DNA of 64,000 nucleotides from Giardia intestinalis (Eukaryota): NCBI GenBank assembly GCA_000002435.2, contig CM018789.1; one strand, 5' to 3'. Shown piece by piece: positions 1 to 9,815 of this stretch (position 1 is its first letter; each line of letters starts with the position of its first letter). The notes under the pieces were generated by a model. It saw only the letters and a program-made list of their open reading frames with translations, ran no database searches and was not told where the DNA came from. The position numbers and the translations under genes were made by a program.

Positions 1-3000
1 CCGTCTCCTTCTGCCTTTTGCGGTACGTTTCTTGATCGAAGAAAAAGCAATCTCATGCACATTAATAGCTCTGCTATGCTTTCTCGCTCGGCTCAAATTA
101 ACGAGTATAGTGATGCAATTCAGTCCTCTTTACAAACATCTACTTATAGATCACCATCCTTACTTAGTCCTCCTCTCAGTTCCGCTAGAAAATCTTTTCA
201 TAAGAGAGAGATAAAGAGCAAATCTGTTACAACGATACTTCGCACCTCACCACAATTCTCTATCATATCTAATGTTGACTGGCTTGAGGCAGCTCAACAT
301 CTCCTTGCACAAGCACACGATGCCATGACTCTTATGCTGCATCGCAAAAATATCACATTCCTCTCTCTCGATTATAACTTTAACCTGACTCACACGAAGG
401 TCCTGTCTACAAAGGAACGTAAACAAAGCCGCTTCGGCAAGGCATTCCACTTGGTGCGCGAGCTCACGAAATTTCTTAAATACATGGTTGACACCCATAT
501 TGCCCATAGATTGCTTCTAATAGACTATCCAACTTTTTTAACTGGCATCCATCATTTGTTTTTAAATATTGGAACTGTGACATCTGTATACCGTTATAAG
601 TATAAGATTTCAAACCAAATAAGACAGCTAAAAGCCCTTGGAATGCTTTGTGGAGATGTACCTTTTTATCACCCGCTGCAGTGCGTAATGAACAGCTACT
701 TAAGAGGCCTTAGTCCCTTGCTGGAGGCATATCTAAGTCGACTCTTGGCGAGAACCGCAGGAATTATTGACAAGGACTCTGGAAACTCGTCTAGACGAGT
801 CACCCACCAACGATCCCTAGCAAACCAAATTGTGGAGCAGCGAAATAGATACGCCGGGCGATTTGTTTCAATGTATCCTCAGTTCACCACAAGATCTGCC
901 ATGACAAAACTATTTTTGGCCCATTTGGCAGAGGCCTGGCTTTGTTGGCGGGCTGGCATGGCCTACGATCAAGTATATTCACAAATGTCCCCTGAAGTAG
1001 CAGATCTTGTTCAAGCTTATGTTTCTGAACGGGCAGATTTATACACAGCTTCTATTGCATGTACAAAGAAACGCATTGCAAGCAATAAGTGGATTGCAAA
1101 ATCAGAGCATTACAAATATTGCGGTAGAGCTGGAAGGCAAGATATGCGAGAGCTGATCGTTGCTAATGCAGCATACCTTTGTGAGCCTATTCAAAAGGAT
1201 CTCAGAGTCTCTCTTGGGACCGTTTATAGTCTTGCTTATCTTTGCATAACTGTTGCAGCACGAGTGTGTGCGTGTGGATCACATATTCCCTTCCCATCCC
1301 AAGAGTTTGAGTATGACGGAAAACTTCTGGAACTGGCGCTCAGGGATTTACGTGAAGATGTGCTCTCCGGCTCTATTCTTACAGTTGCTGATCGCCAGCT
1401 CCTAACACTTATTGAAAAGGCGACTTCTCTTCCTCATGAGTTTCTCATACGGATCAAGGAGATTCTTCTCAAGAAGCGTACATTTGATGCAGTACAAATA
1501 GAGTATGCCGAAGCACGAACATGTGTCTATCCCATATACCTCACCACTGGACTCACTCGGGTTGTTGATGTTTATTTCACATATTACCTAAGCTACCAGA
1601 TCACATCCAGCCCCCTGCACTATTTACTTTTTAAGCGAGGATTCAGCTCCATCGATCTAAGTAATCCATATTCTATGGAGCTCCCCGCAGAGCTCACCAT
1701 CAGATACTGCAAGCATGTTCACAGTACGTGCTCGGGCCTCCCTGCAACGGATGGTGAGGGGTGCTTTCTAGTCCACATGCATCTTAATACTGATAGCTAC
1801 TTTCGCGGCTTTAATCTGCACGTCATTGGTAAAGTCATTAGCCTACTCTTTGATCCTGTCATCTCTTCTTTCCTGATAACTCGCCTTTCCTCAAGTTTTT
1901 ACTTTAAAGATATGACATATACAGCAGTGCGTGGTGTTGCTCCTTCTTTCCAATTTTCTCATTTTTTGTTAACACTTCTATTATCAATCCTTGACTTAAC
2001 TATTCTACTACATTATGATGAGCAGCCCTTTTCTCCGACGATTATTCTGAGAGTGGTCACCTTCATTATTGCGTTCGCAAAGGATTATCGGCAATCAGGG
2101 GTGCCTCTCAGTCAACTCTGGCTTCGTAAAGCATGTCTTGAGAAGGGGATTGATCTATCCCGGCTTTCTATTTTTTACGGGACGTATAAGCTTCTGAGCT
2201 ATGTTCGTCAAGGAGAGAGCCTATACTTAGTTCTTCAAGAAGATAGGCAAGCTAATATTGAGAGTTCTAAAACCACTATCATGGAACAAGTCATGAAATC
2301 TATCCCCCAATCTATTGCATGCTACATTTCACGGCAATCTTCTTTCTGTGACAATCAGACATTCTACTTCGTGTCTCTCGTGAACCAGCCCATCAGATTT
2401 GAATTTATGGGATATATCATTTTGGCTAAAAGTATTAAGGATTTGGGCATGTCTACTAATATATTGCACTCTGTTTCGGCTACATTTATTGCCAATTTTA
2501 TTTATCATGCAAATCAATTAATTTCTAGCGCCGTGTCTACGTCCTTTTCAAAGATCATTGCTAAATGGAACTCCTTGCTACTTAATTGCGTTATTTACTA
2601 TCGCGAGGCACTGCTACAATCACCTAGGTTCTTACGCATCCTTATGGCTTATGAAGAGAAAGTCTGCAACAAAATCAAGCAAGGACTTAATTCAAAGATG
2701 CCAAACCGCTTTCCAAACGTCATCTTTTATTCGCCCAGAGAGTTAGGCGGGCTAGGTATGCTATCCGTTGGATCTGCAGGCGTATACCCTTCTAGCGAAG
2801 AGCTAAATCCAAAATATCCCGTTGCAGAGCGGTCTCGTCGTTGGGATCAGAAACACCAGGAGGTGCTACTTCCAAGTGTCATTCACTTTATTTCTCCGTG
2901 GGCTGATGAGCTTAATCGTAGCTTCCTTGGGTACCAGCGTCTTCTGTCTATCTTCTGTGAGTTTTACAATGGGCGGTCCCCTCTCTTCGGCGCACAAACT

Positions 3001-6000
3001 GGGTTTTACGTGTATGAATATGATGCGTGTGGGGCAGAGCAGCAGTATAGTTTCAAAGAAATTAGCGAATGCTTATCCAGTCAATGGACTGGATTTGCAG
3101 TCAGTACCTTCCGTGAAGCAGTTTTTCAAGCACTCTCCCAAGGGTCTAATAGTATTGAGCAGCAATCTCCTCTTGAGATTGCATGGGCCAATGGATGCAT
3201 ACCGCGGCTAACAACTCTGATACATTACGCCAAAGACCTTTATTGTCTGTTGTACCGCAATCCGTTTCTACATCACTTGGCTAAGGGCATCAGTATAGGC
3301 AACGCGCTAACTCTTAAAAGTTGGTACAACAAAAAGCTTCTGGGATCACTGTATGATCTTCAAGGATACAAGAAGATTATCACGGCAATATTTGGTGGGG
3401 TAGAAGAAATATTGCACCACACACTCTACCCAGCAACAGATTTTAGTGATTATAAATCCGTGGTGTGGAGCACAGCAACCGAACATGAGACTGGATTGGC
3501 AAAAAGAACAAACCTAACACGTGCAAGGAGACAGGGGCTTTCGCAAATTCCGAACCGACGCTTTGCTCTCTGGTGGAGTCCCACGATCAATCGTAGTTCT
3601 GTCTACATCGGATATCGTTCACAAATAGACTTAACCGGAGTGTACATGTGTGGGAAATTGGCCACTTTAAAAACAGCATATGTTTCTCTGTTCAGGGGCC
3701 ATGCTTGGCCAATGATTCACTCCTCATTGGTCAAAACCCTTCTTGCAATCTTACAAGACGCTTTTCGGGGCCTTCCGCTTGATACCATCAAGGCAGAGTC
3801 CGTACATCCCCGAAAGTCATATCATTACCATACAAGCTGTGCAGACATTTCTGTAACATGGACACGTTCATTGACTGTTCAGCAGGATTATTCCATTCAG
3901 ATACAAAAGGGTTCATCAGAGCCGCACCATAATTCACAAGAAGAGAGTAGTGGCGCACACGCGTCTTCAGGAGAACAAGTCGATAGCTGCACACATTTAT
4001 GGTGGATAGACCTCCATCTCACGTGGGGAAACGTCGATACATGTACTTCTCTCGCGAAGTACTCTAAAGACCGTCACAAATATTATACATCTGATCGTTC
4101 ACGAGGGATATACAGGAGCCCACACGGAATTATTATTTGTATTGACTTACTATATCGTGAAATTGCAGCCTATGGATCTGTCCCAACTATAGCGATTCCA
4201 GCCATAAACAAGGCCATTTCAGAACTGTTGGAATCCTTACACAGTAATACTATGATGAACATGCTTGCAGACAGAATCAGGACGCAACTGGGACTAAGTT
4301 CTTCAAGTGTGCACAAGCTCACAGACATCACTCCATCCTCCATCGGAGATCTGTTCACTGGCAAGGTAATAATAGTCGATGACTCCTTGGCATATAACTT
4401 CAGGATGCTGAACAGAGATGATACGCGTGCATCTCGTGTTATCATCAATGGGTTCATTTCGATCTTCAATCCCCAGACTGGCCGCTTGGTACTTTCGGTC
4501 GTCCATGCAGATACGTATGCAGGCCAGAGTCGCCGGGCTTCTCTAAGCCGCTGGCGTACGGCAGACTTACTAACGGGGTACATCTCTTCGCTTCCACAGG
4601 CCTTACGACCCACGACAGTGGTTGTATGTTCCAGGCAATCTATTGATCCAATTAGGACCCTGCTTAGTGTGCTTAATCCACCTATTGTTGTACGCGGAAC
4701 TAGTTTGCACTGGCAATTTCAAAATATACGTAGCATGGTTATCTGCGCAGAAGGGCAAGAAGGGCATATTCGAGGAACTGTGAATGAGGTGATTCAGCTT
4801 CAGCAAACCAGTATCTCTTTAAGCATTGATTTATATGCTCAGTTTCGAGGCACGGATGAGCAGACGGGGTTAATTTTGGAAGGTACTCCCATCCAACATT
4901 TTATTGCTGTCCTACTTATGTTGCAACTTGCTAATCTTTCACCACTCACCATATACAAAATAATATCTCAATCAAATCTGGAGTTGAAAAAATCCCTACC
5001 AGAAGCGGAACTAGCTTACAGACCCACGTATGCATCACTGACTACTAAGTCTATGGAGCGACTCTCAACCATAGGCAACCTCACAGACTTTGTCCTGCAT
5101 CTTCCTCGGGCGCCTTATCAACAATGGTGCCCAGTGATCTCCGCGATGACCGAGCGCGTAATAAATGAATCTGCTAAAAAGCTAGGAGTACGTTCAGACT
5201 GTTTATCTCCAGCTGAAAAGAAGGACCTTGTATTAGGCGCAGAGCTGGTAATATCTAATGCTCCCGAACGCAGAACAAGCATCTTCTCACGACTTGTGTT
5301 ATCTGCCAACACTCTGGGCGAACGGATGCTTTCATCGACACAACCAAAAGAAGTCACTGACGTTAGATCACAAAGCCGACTCAGCAATTTGCATTTCGGT
5401 GAGCAATGGTTATGCCTCCAAAGAAACGCTATTTTCTGCAAACTATTTGCGGCATCACAACCCAAAGCAGATGCAGACACAGACTCATCTTTTTGTAGAT
5501 CGATTATTGACCAAGCTGTTGGTGCTACTACAGATAACAGTTCACGACTTTGTGTTATAATTGGGCAGGTCACAAAATCGCAACCAATCTTACCATGCTC
5601 AGGCCTGCAAGCACCAGTTGCTCTGACATTTGGATTGCAACATAGTGTTACTATGAATGGGAAGCCCCGAACACTTATTGAGCTACGACATATACGTGCT
5701 TATCTGGGAGGATGGGACTTCTTCTCGTACGCCGCGATACCAATAACGGAGTTATTACAAGATGTTAAGTTCACAGAGGAGAAAACAGGGATGAAGTTTT
5801 ACGGGGTACTGGTGGATTTTTCACGGGCAAAGCTTTTCCCAGATAAGCTACTAGAAAGTTCTACATTGAAAAAATCCAGTGTCGATATAATTTCTCTGGT
5901 AGGAAGAACAACCTCCGTATGCTTACTAACCTTCTATTTTGGGGCCGATAGAATAGAGAAGCAATCCAATTTTTGCACGTATTACCTAAAGCAATCAAAC

Positions 6001-6222
6001 ACTGACAAGACTGTGGATCAAAAGGAGTTCAGTCGTGTGCGAGTACACGTGGCATCTAATTACAGTCTAGAGTTTTATTGCATTGATCCCATTACCCAAT
6101 GCGAAAAGCCAGGTGGCATCGATCAATCAGTATCGTATCAATCATGTATTCAGTTCTCCAAGCTTTTTGCCTCAACGCAGATAGAATGGGAAGAATTGGA
6201 ATGCCATGTGGATCGAATATGA
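1..6222 (+). CDS. PRP8: Pre-mRNA-processing factor 8 (Prp8), 5'-truncated by the window edge (2055 aa visible)
   Basis: The frame is open from base 1 to the first ATG at 55, so the gene continues upstream of the window. Recognisable Prp8 blocks include ...VIFYSPRELGGLGMLSVGSAG... (RELGGLGMLS block) and ...IINGFISIFNPQTGRLVLSVVHADTYAGQSRRASLSRWRTADLL... (compare human [38 protein letters not shown] in the RNase H-like domain). Stop TGA at 6220-6222. The protein is highly divergent overall, as expected for Giardia. Confidence 0.85.
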   Translation, partial: PSPSAFCGTFLDRRKSNLMHINSSAMLSRSAQINEYSDAIQSSLQTSTYRSPSLLSPPLSSARKSFHKREIKSKSVTTILRTSPQFSIISNVDWLEAAQHLLAQAHDAMTLMLHRKNITFLSLDYNFNLTHTKVLSTKERKQSRFGKAFHLVRELTKFLKYMVDTHIAHRLLLIDYPTFLTGIHHLFLNIGTVTSVYRYKYKISNQIRQLKALGMLCGDVPFYHPLQCVMNSYLRGLSPLLEAYLSRLLARTAGIIDKDSGNSSRRVTHQRSLANQIVEQRNRYAGRFVSMYPQFTTRSAMTKLFLAHLAEAWLCWRAGMAYDQVYSQMSPEVADLVQAYVSERADLYTASIACTKKRIASNKWIAKSEHYKYCGRAGRQDMRELIVANAAYLCEPIQKDLRVSLGTVYSLAYLCITVAARVCACGSHIPFPSQEFEYDGKLLELALRDLREDVLSGSILTVADRQLLTLIEKATSLPHEFLIRIKEILLKKRTFDAVQIEYAEARTCVYPIYLTTGLTRVVDVYFTYYLSYQITSSPLHYLLFKRGFSSIDLSNPYSMELPAELTIRYCKHVHSTCSGLPATDGEGCFLVHMHLNTDSYFRGFNLHVIGKVISLLFDPVISSFLITRLSSSFYFKDMTYTAVRGVAPSFQFSHFLLTLLLSILDLTILLHYDEQPFSPTIILRVVTFIIAFAKDYRQSGVPLSQLWLRKACLEKGIDLSRLSIFYGTYKLLSYVRQGESLYLVLQEDRQANIESSKTTIMEQVMKSIPQSIACYISRQSSFCDNQTFYFVSLVNQPIRFEFMGYIILAKSIKDLGMSTNILHSVSATFIANFIYHANQLISSAVSTSFSKIIAKWNSLLLNCVIYYREALLQSPRFLRILMAYEEKVCNKIKQGLNSKMPNRFPNVIFYSPRELGGLGMLSVGSAGVYPSSEELNPKYPVAERSRRWDQKHQEVLLPSVIHFISPWADELNRSFLGYQRLLSIFCEFYNGRSPLFGAQTGFYVYEYDACGAEQQYSFKEISECLSSQWTGFAVSTFREAVFQALSQGSNSIEQQSPLEIAWANGCIPRLTTLIHYAKDLYCLLYRNPFLHHLAKGISIGNALTLKSWYNKKLLGSLYDLQGYKKIITAIFGGVEEILHHTLYPATDFSDYKSVVWSTATEHETGLAKRTNLTRARRQGLSQIPNRRFALWWSPTINRSSVYIGYRSQIDLTGVYMCGKLATLKTAYVSLFRGHAWPMIHSSLVKTLLAILQDAFRGLPLDTIKAESVHPRKSYHYHTSCADISVTWTRSLTVQQDYSIQIQKGSSEPHHNSQEESSGAHASSGEQVDSCTHLWWIDLHLTWGNVDTCTSLAKYSKDRHKYYTSDRSRGIYRSPHGIIICIDLLYREIAAYGSVPTIAIPAINKAISELLESLHSNTMMNMLADRIRTQLGLSSSSVHKLTDITPSSIGDLFTGKVIIVDDSLAYNFRMLNRDDTRASRVIINGFISIFNPQTGRLVLSVVHADTYAGQSRRASLSRWRTADLLTGYISSLPQALRPTTVVVCSRQSIDPIRTLLSVLNPPIVVRGTSLHWQFQNIRSMVICAEGQEGHIRGTVNEVIQLQQTSISLSIDLYAQFRGTDEQTGLILEGTPIQHFIAVLLMLQLANLSPLTIYKIISQSNLELKKSLPEAELAYRPTYASLTTKSMERLSTIGNLTDFVLHLPRAPYQQWCPVISAMTERVINESAKKLGVRSDCLSPAEKKDLVLGAELVISNAPERRTSIFSRLVLSANTLGERMLSSTQPKEVTDVRSQSRLSNLHFGEQWLCLQRNAIFCKLFAASQPKADADTDSSFCRSIIDQAVGATTDNSSRLCVIIGQVTKSQPILPCSGLQAPVALTFGLQHSVTMNGKPRTLIELRHIRAYLGGWDFFSYAAIPITELLQDVKFTEEKTGMKFYGVLVDFSRAKLFPDKLLESSTLKKSSVDIISLVGRTTSVCLLTFYFGADRIEKQSNFCTYYLKQSNTDKTVDQKEFSRVRVHVASNYSLEFYCIDPITQCEKPGGIDQSVSYQSCIQFSKLFASTQIEWEELECHVDRI

Positions 6223-6330
6223 GTAGAACAGTCATATTTGGCAAATCTAATGGACGAATCGTAGTTTGGCCTCAAGAGAACGGAATGCTGTGCCGCTGAA
6301 GCTCGGCGTCGGCGGAACCCAGCAGCCCAG

Positions 6331-6337
6331 AGTAAAC
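6331..6337 (+). promoter_or_regulatory. AGTAAAC, putative Giardia polyadenylation signal (AGTRAAY) downstream of Prp8
   Basis: This is the first AGTRAAY after the Prp8 stop. It is about 110 nt downstream, which is longer than a typical Giardia 3' UTR, hence the low confidence. Confidence 0.3.
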
Positions 6338-6339
6338 CC

Positions 6340-7760
6340 CTCATCTTCCTCACACGCTCCGGGACACCAGACTGATCCGCAAGCCGCTGGCCACGCTGGA
6401 GTGCCCCGAGGCGGCCCAGGAGAGTGCGCGTGCTGAGGCCTGTCCATTAGACCCTCCTAGCAGCAGAGCGCCGTCGTGGCAGGAGAGCATGCCCCTTGCA
6501 TCGGTCGGTCGGTTGCTGAGACCCCTGGTGCTCTGTCTGTGAGAGGAGACTGCCCATGAGGGCCCTGTACGCTGCTCCCCTGCACCGACTGGCACAGCAG
6601 GGGGCCGGATGCCGAGGGACACCTCCAGAGTCTCGGGTCTCTACAGGACAGGACACACGGCAGAGACATCTGCATGCGGGCCGGGAGTCCTGCTCGGCCC
6701 CGTCCCTCGTCTGACGCCTTGGTCTCTCGGGAGCCCTGTCAGCACCACTGGAGGCAGGGGCTCTCCAGGAGCGCCGCACCGGGCCCGCATGGAGTGGATG
6801 GCCCCACAGCCACTGCACGGGCCTCTCGGGCAGGGGGTCTCTCTGCCACTGCAAGCTGCAGCAGCGTAAGGGTCGCCCCGTGTGCTGCCCTCTTGCCGTG
6901 GCGGGGCTTCAGGCATGCCATCGGGACTGTCCGACGGTCACCGGTTGAGCCCTGTGTGACAGCAACAGACGAGAAGACTGCCCCACAACGACATGCCCTC
7001 GCTGGAGGACTGTCAGCAGAGCGGAGGAAGCTACGGCCACTGGGGGAGTGAACGATCTCCGTGGGTCCAGGGGCGCTGCACTGCGGGCCTGTCGGCTCGG
7101 CCTCTGATGGGTACCACGATCACTCTGCCCGGTCTGGCAGATCACGAGGGGTCTGAGGCCGGCCTATTGGGAGGAGGACCGGGACCCTCGCTGATGGTTG
7201 AGCAGAATCACTACAGGGGGGCACGAGCTCGAGTAAGTGGGAGCCTTCTAGCAGGGTGCATGTCAACCGAGCGAGGAGAACGACATGGCAGTCATCAAGG
7301 AGCCATGACCTCTGAGCCTTCTGGGCTCTGCGCCGGGCCGGACATCAGCACAGCCCGCCTGCCGGTAGCACTGCCGCGGGGGTCTCCGTCGTGTGAATGC
7401 CTGGGGTGAGCCGCTTGGGCACGGAGACGGGCTGTGCGGCGCCCAAGAGTGGAAGATCGCCACGCTCTGGTGCTGTGGGCCGAGTCGAGACAGGGGCTCC
7501 AAGGTAGGGGTGGAACAGCGCTCCCCCCGTGTGCCGTGCTGGGTGGCCACAGACGGGCAGGGGCCGCTGGGGGCAGGCGTCGCCGTCGAGACAGAGGAAG
7601 GCCAGCCTCGAGCATGCCAGTGCCAGAGCGCATGGCAAGTGCACAAGGACACGGCTCCCCCCTCTTCCATCGGGGACGGCGGGCCGGGGGCTGAGAGGTG
7701 GCTCGGCACAGACGGTGGCATCAGGGTGCGTCCATGGCCGGCGCAGGGGCCACCGCAGAG
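6340..7760. other. GC-rich (about 65-73% GC) island with no real ORFs, between Prp8 and VSP-1
   Basis: Hand counts on 6301-6420 give 65% and 73% GC, against about 47% in housekeeping DNA (for example 21241-21300). Short ORFs overlap in all six frames, as expected for GC-rich non-coding DNA. I could recognise no protein motif. Confidence 0.55.
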
Positions 7761-7769
7761 GACCCTCTA

Positions 7770-9815
7770 ATGTTCCAACTGATACCCCTGTTCATGGCAA
7801 GCGCGCTCATGGCGCCTTGTCAGCCAGATGGGAATCACCTGACCACTTGCGCACACGAAAAGTGCGAGACGGTCGGGTCAGCCGAGATTTGTACCGAGTG
7901 CAAGGTCGGAGGCGTCCCGGTCGACGGCTTCTGCCGACCCTTCGGCTCCATCCAGGCCGCGGCGGCCGGGTGCACCAAAGCAGACGGGGCTGCTCTCGAC
8001 AAGATGACAGCAACCTGCGAGAAGTGCGGCGACGGGTACTTCCTCTTCATGGGCGGGTGCTACAAGACGAGCCTGTGGTCTGAAGTCTGCACAGCAGCCA
8101 GTAATGGAGTATGTACTACTTGTAATACAAAGAACGGCCTGTTCAAGAACCCGGCTGCAACAGTGACTCCTGGTAACGAGTGCATCCTGTGCTCCGATGC
8201 TACAGATAGAAACGGGGTCATGGGAGTGGAGAATTGTCTCAAGTGCACGGCGCCAGGTGGCAATACAGGAGCAGCCGCGTGCACTGCCTGCAAGGCTGGC
8301 TTTTATGGGTCCGGTCCATGCACAAAGTGTCATGACGATTGTGCTACTTGCAGTGGCGCAGCAAATAATCAGTGCACATCTTGTAAGGCTGGAAAGTACC
8401 TGAAGACCGATACTAACACTTGCGTAGATGCTGGTAGTTGTAATGGAAACACTTATGCTGATCCAGTGACAAGGACATGCAAGGATTCTGCAATAACTGA
8501 TTGCACCACGTGTGAGTACAACCCGGCAACTGGGGGCCCAAAGTGCACAGCCTGTGGTAACAGTAAGAAGGTGAAGACAGCCATCGACGGCGCCACAACG
8601 TGCGTGACGGTTGCATCCGAATGTGTGGATGAGAATCACTTTAAAGATGACGGTAACACTATGTGTGTGCTATGCAGTGATACCAGCGGGTCAGACCCAA
8701 ATAAAGGGGTAGCGCAGTGCAAGACATGTACTAAGAATGGAGCTAACAAGCCTGAATGCAAGACATGCCTCGAAGGGTATGTTCTGAAGGGGTCTGGTGC
8801 TGACGCCATTTGTGAGTCTTGTGGAAACAACTGTGCAGTGTGTACCGCAGCCAATGATATATCGACTTGTACAGGGTGCCTTCCCGGGTACTTCCTAAAA
8901 GCCGAGGGTGGAACAAAAGAGTGCGTCCCGTGTGATGACACAGCCAAAGGTGGTCGTGAAGGCTGTAGTCTATGTTCTAGCAACGGTGGATTTAAGTGCA
9001 CAGATTGTAAAGCGAACTACAGGAAGCAGTCTAATGGAGATGCAGGCGATGACTATACATGTGTGAAGACCTGCGAGGACCCTACTGTGTGTGGGGGGAC
9101 GTCTGGAGCCTGCGATGCCATAGTGATCGATGCTAATGGAAAGGAGCATTATTACTGTTCATACTGTGGAGAGACCAATAAGTTCCCCATTGATGGACTA
9201 TGTACTGATAACAAGGGAACAAATGCTGGGTGTACTGATCATACTTGCAGCTACTGTGCTGCCGGGTTCTTCCTGTACATGGGTGGCTGCTACAAGATTG
9301 ATACAGTACCAGGAAGCTATATGTGCTCCAAATCAACAACAGCAGGTGTCTGTGATACACCCAATGCCAACAATAGATTCTTCGTTGTCCCAAAGGCAAT
9401 AAGTGCCGAACAATCTGTGCTGGCTTGTGGCAACCCATTGGGCACAATTGCAGGCGGTAATGCCTACGTCGGAGTGGAGGGGTGCTCCCAGTGCACGGCC
9501 CCCGACGCTCGAGCTGATGGCGGCATGGCGGTTGCCACGTGCACGGCCTGCGAGGACGGCAAGAAGCCCGGCAAGAGCGGCACCGGGTGTGTGGCGTGCC
9601 CTGATGCTAACTGCAAGAGCTGCACGATGGATGACGTATGTGAAGAGTGTGCTGATGGGTTCAGTCTAGACAATGGTAAGTGTGTGTCTTCTGGCACTAA
9701 TAAGAGCGGCCTTTCTACCGGCGCCATCGCTGGCATCTCCGTCGCAGCCATCGTCGTCGTCGGGGGCCTCGTCGGCTTCCTCTGCTGGTGGTTCATCTGT
9801 CGGGGGAAGGCGTAA
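7770..9815 (+). CDS. Variant-specific surface protein (VSP-1), 681 aa from ATG 7770
   Basis: The protein has dozens of CXXC motifs, GGCY motifs, a C-terminal hydrophobic transmembrane segment and the invariant tail NKSGLSTGAIAGISVAAIVVVGGLVGFLCWWFICRGKA*. The track ORF starts at GTG 7698 inside GC-rich DNA. The first ATG (7770) gives a typical signal peptide MFQLIPLFMASALMA and lies in CTAATGTT (7767-7774), a start-codon-spanning motif shared by all four VSPs here. Stop TAA at 9813-9815. Confidence 0.92.
   Translation: MFQLIPLFMASALMAPCQPDGNHLTTCAHEKCETVGSAEICTECKVGGVPVDGFCRPFGSIQAAAAGCTKADGAALDKMTATCEKCGDGYFLFMGGCYKTSLWSEVCTAASNGVCTTCNTKNGLFKNPAATVTPGNECILCSDATDRNGVMGVENCLKCTAPGGNTGAAACTACKAGFYGSGPCTKCHDDCATCSGAANNQCTSCKAGKYLKTDTNTCVDAGSCNGNTYADPVTRTCKDSAITDCTTCEYNPATGGPKCTACGNSKKVKTAIDGATTCVTVASECVDENHFKDDGNTMCVLCSDTSGSDPNKGVAQCKTCTKNGANKPECKTCLEGYVLKGSGADAICESCGNNCAVCTAANDISTCTGCLPGYFLKAEGGTKECVPCDDTAKGGREGCSLCSSNGGFKCTDCKANYRKQSNGDAGDDYTCVKTCEDPTVCGGTSGACDAIVIDANGKEHYYCSYCGETNKFPIDGLCTDNKGTNAGCTDHTCSYCAAGFFLYMGGCYKIDTVPGSYMCSKSTTAGVCDTPNANNRFFVVPKAISAEQSVLACGNPLGTIAGGNAYVGVEGCSQCTAPDARADGGMAVATCTACEDGKKPGKSGTGCVACPDANCKSCTMDDVCEECADGFSLDNGKCVSSGTNKSGLSTGAIAGISVAAIVVVGGLVGFLCWWFICRGKA

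Noticed and set aside
32-214. 60-aa ORF starting with TTG at the window start, and other small alternative-start ORFs throughout the track
   Set aside because: They are nested in, or in alternative frames of, the long Prp8, Rpb1, LeuRS and other coding sequences. They start at non-ATG codons and are too short to support.
6350-7721. Many overlapping 60-180 aa ORFs in all six frames in the GC-rich islands (also 9885-14878, 17293-17801, 60437-61564)
   Set aside because: High GC depletes stop codons. The ORFs overlap one another on both strands and have no recognisable motifs. Those in the palindrome arms simply mirror each other.
7878-8639. 253-aa ORF antisense to VSP-1, with a mirror copy at 16124..16885
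   Set aside because: It lies entirely inside, and opposite to, a confidently identified VSP coding sequence. It is an artefact of the Cys-codon-rich (TGY/GCA) sense strand.
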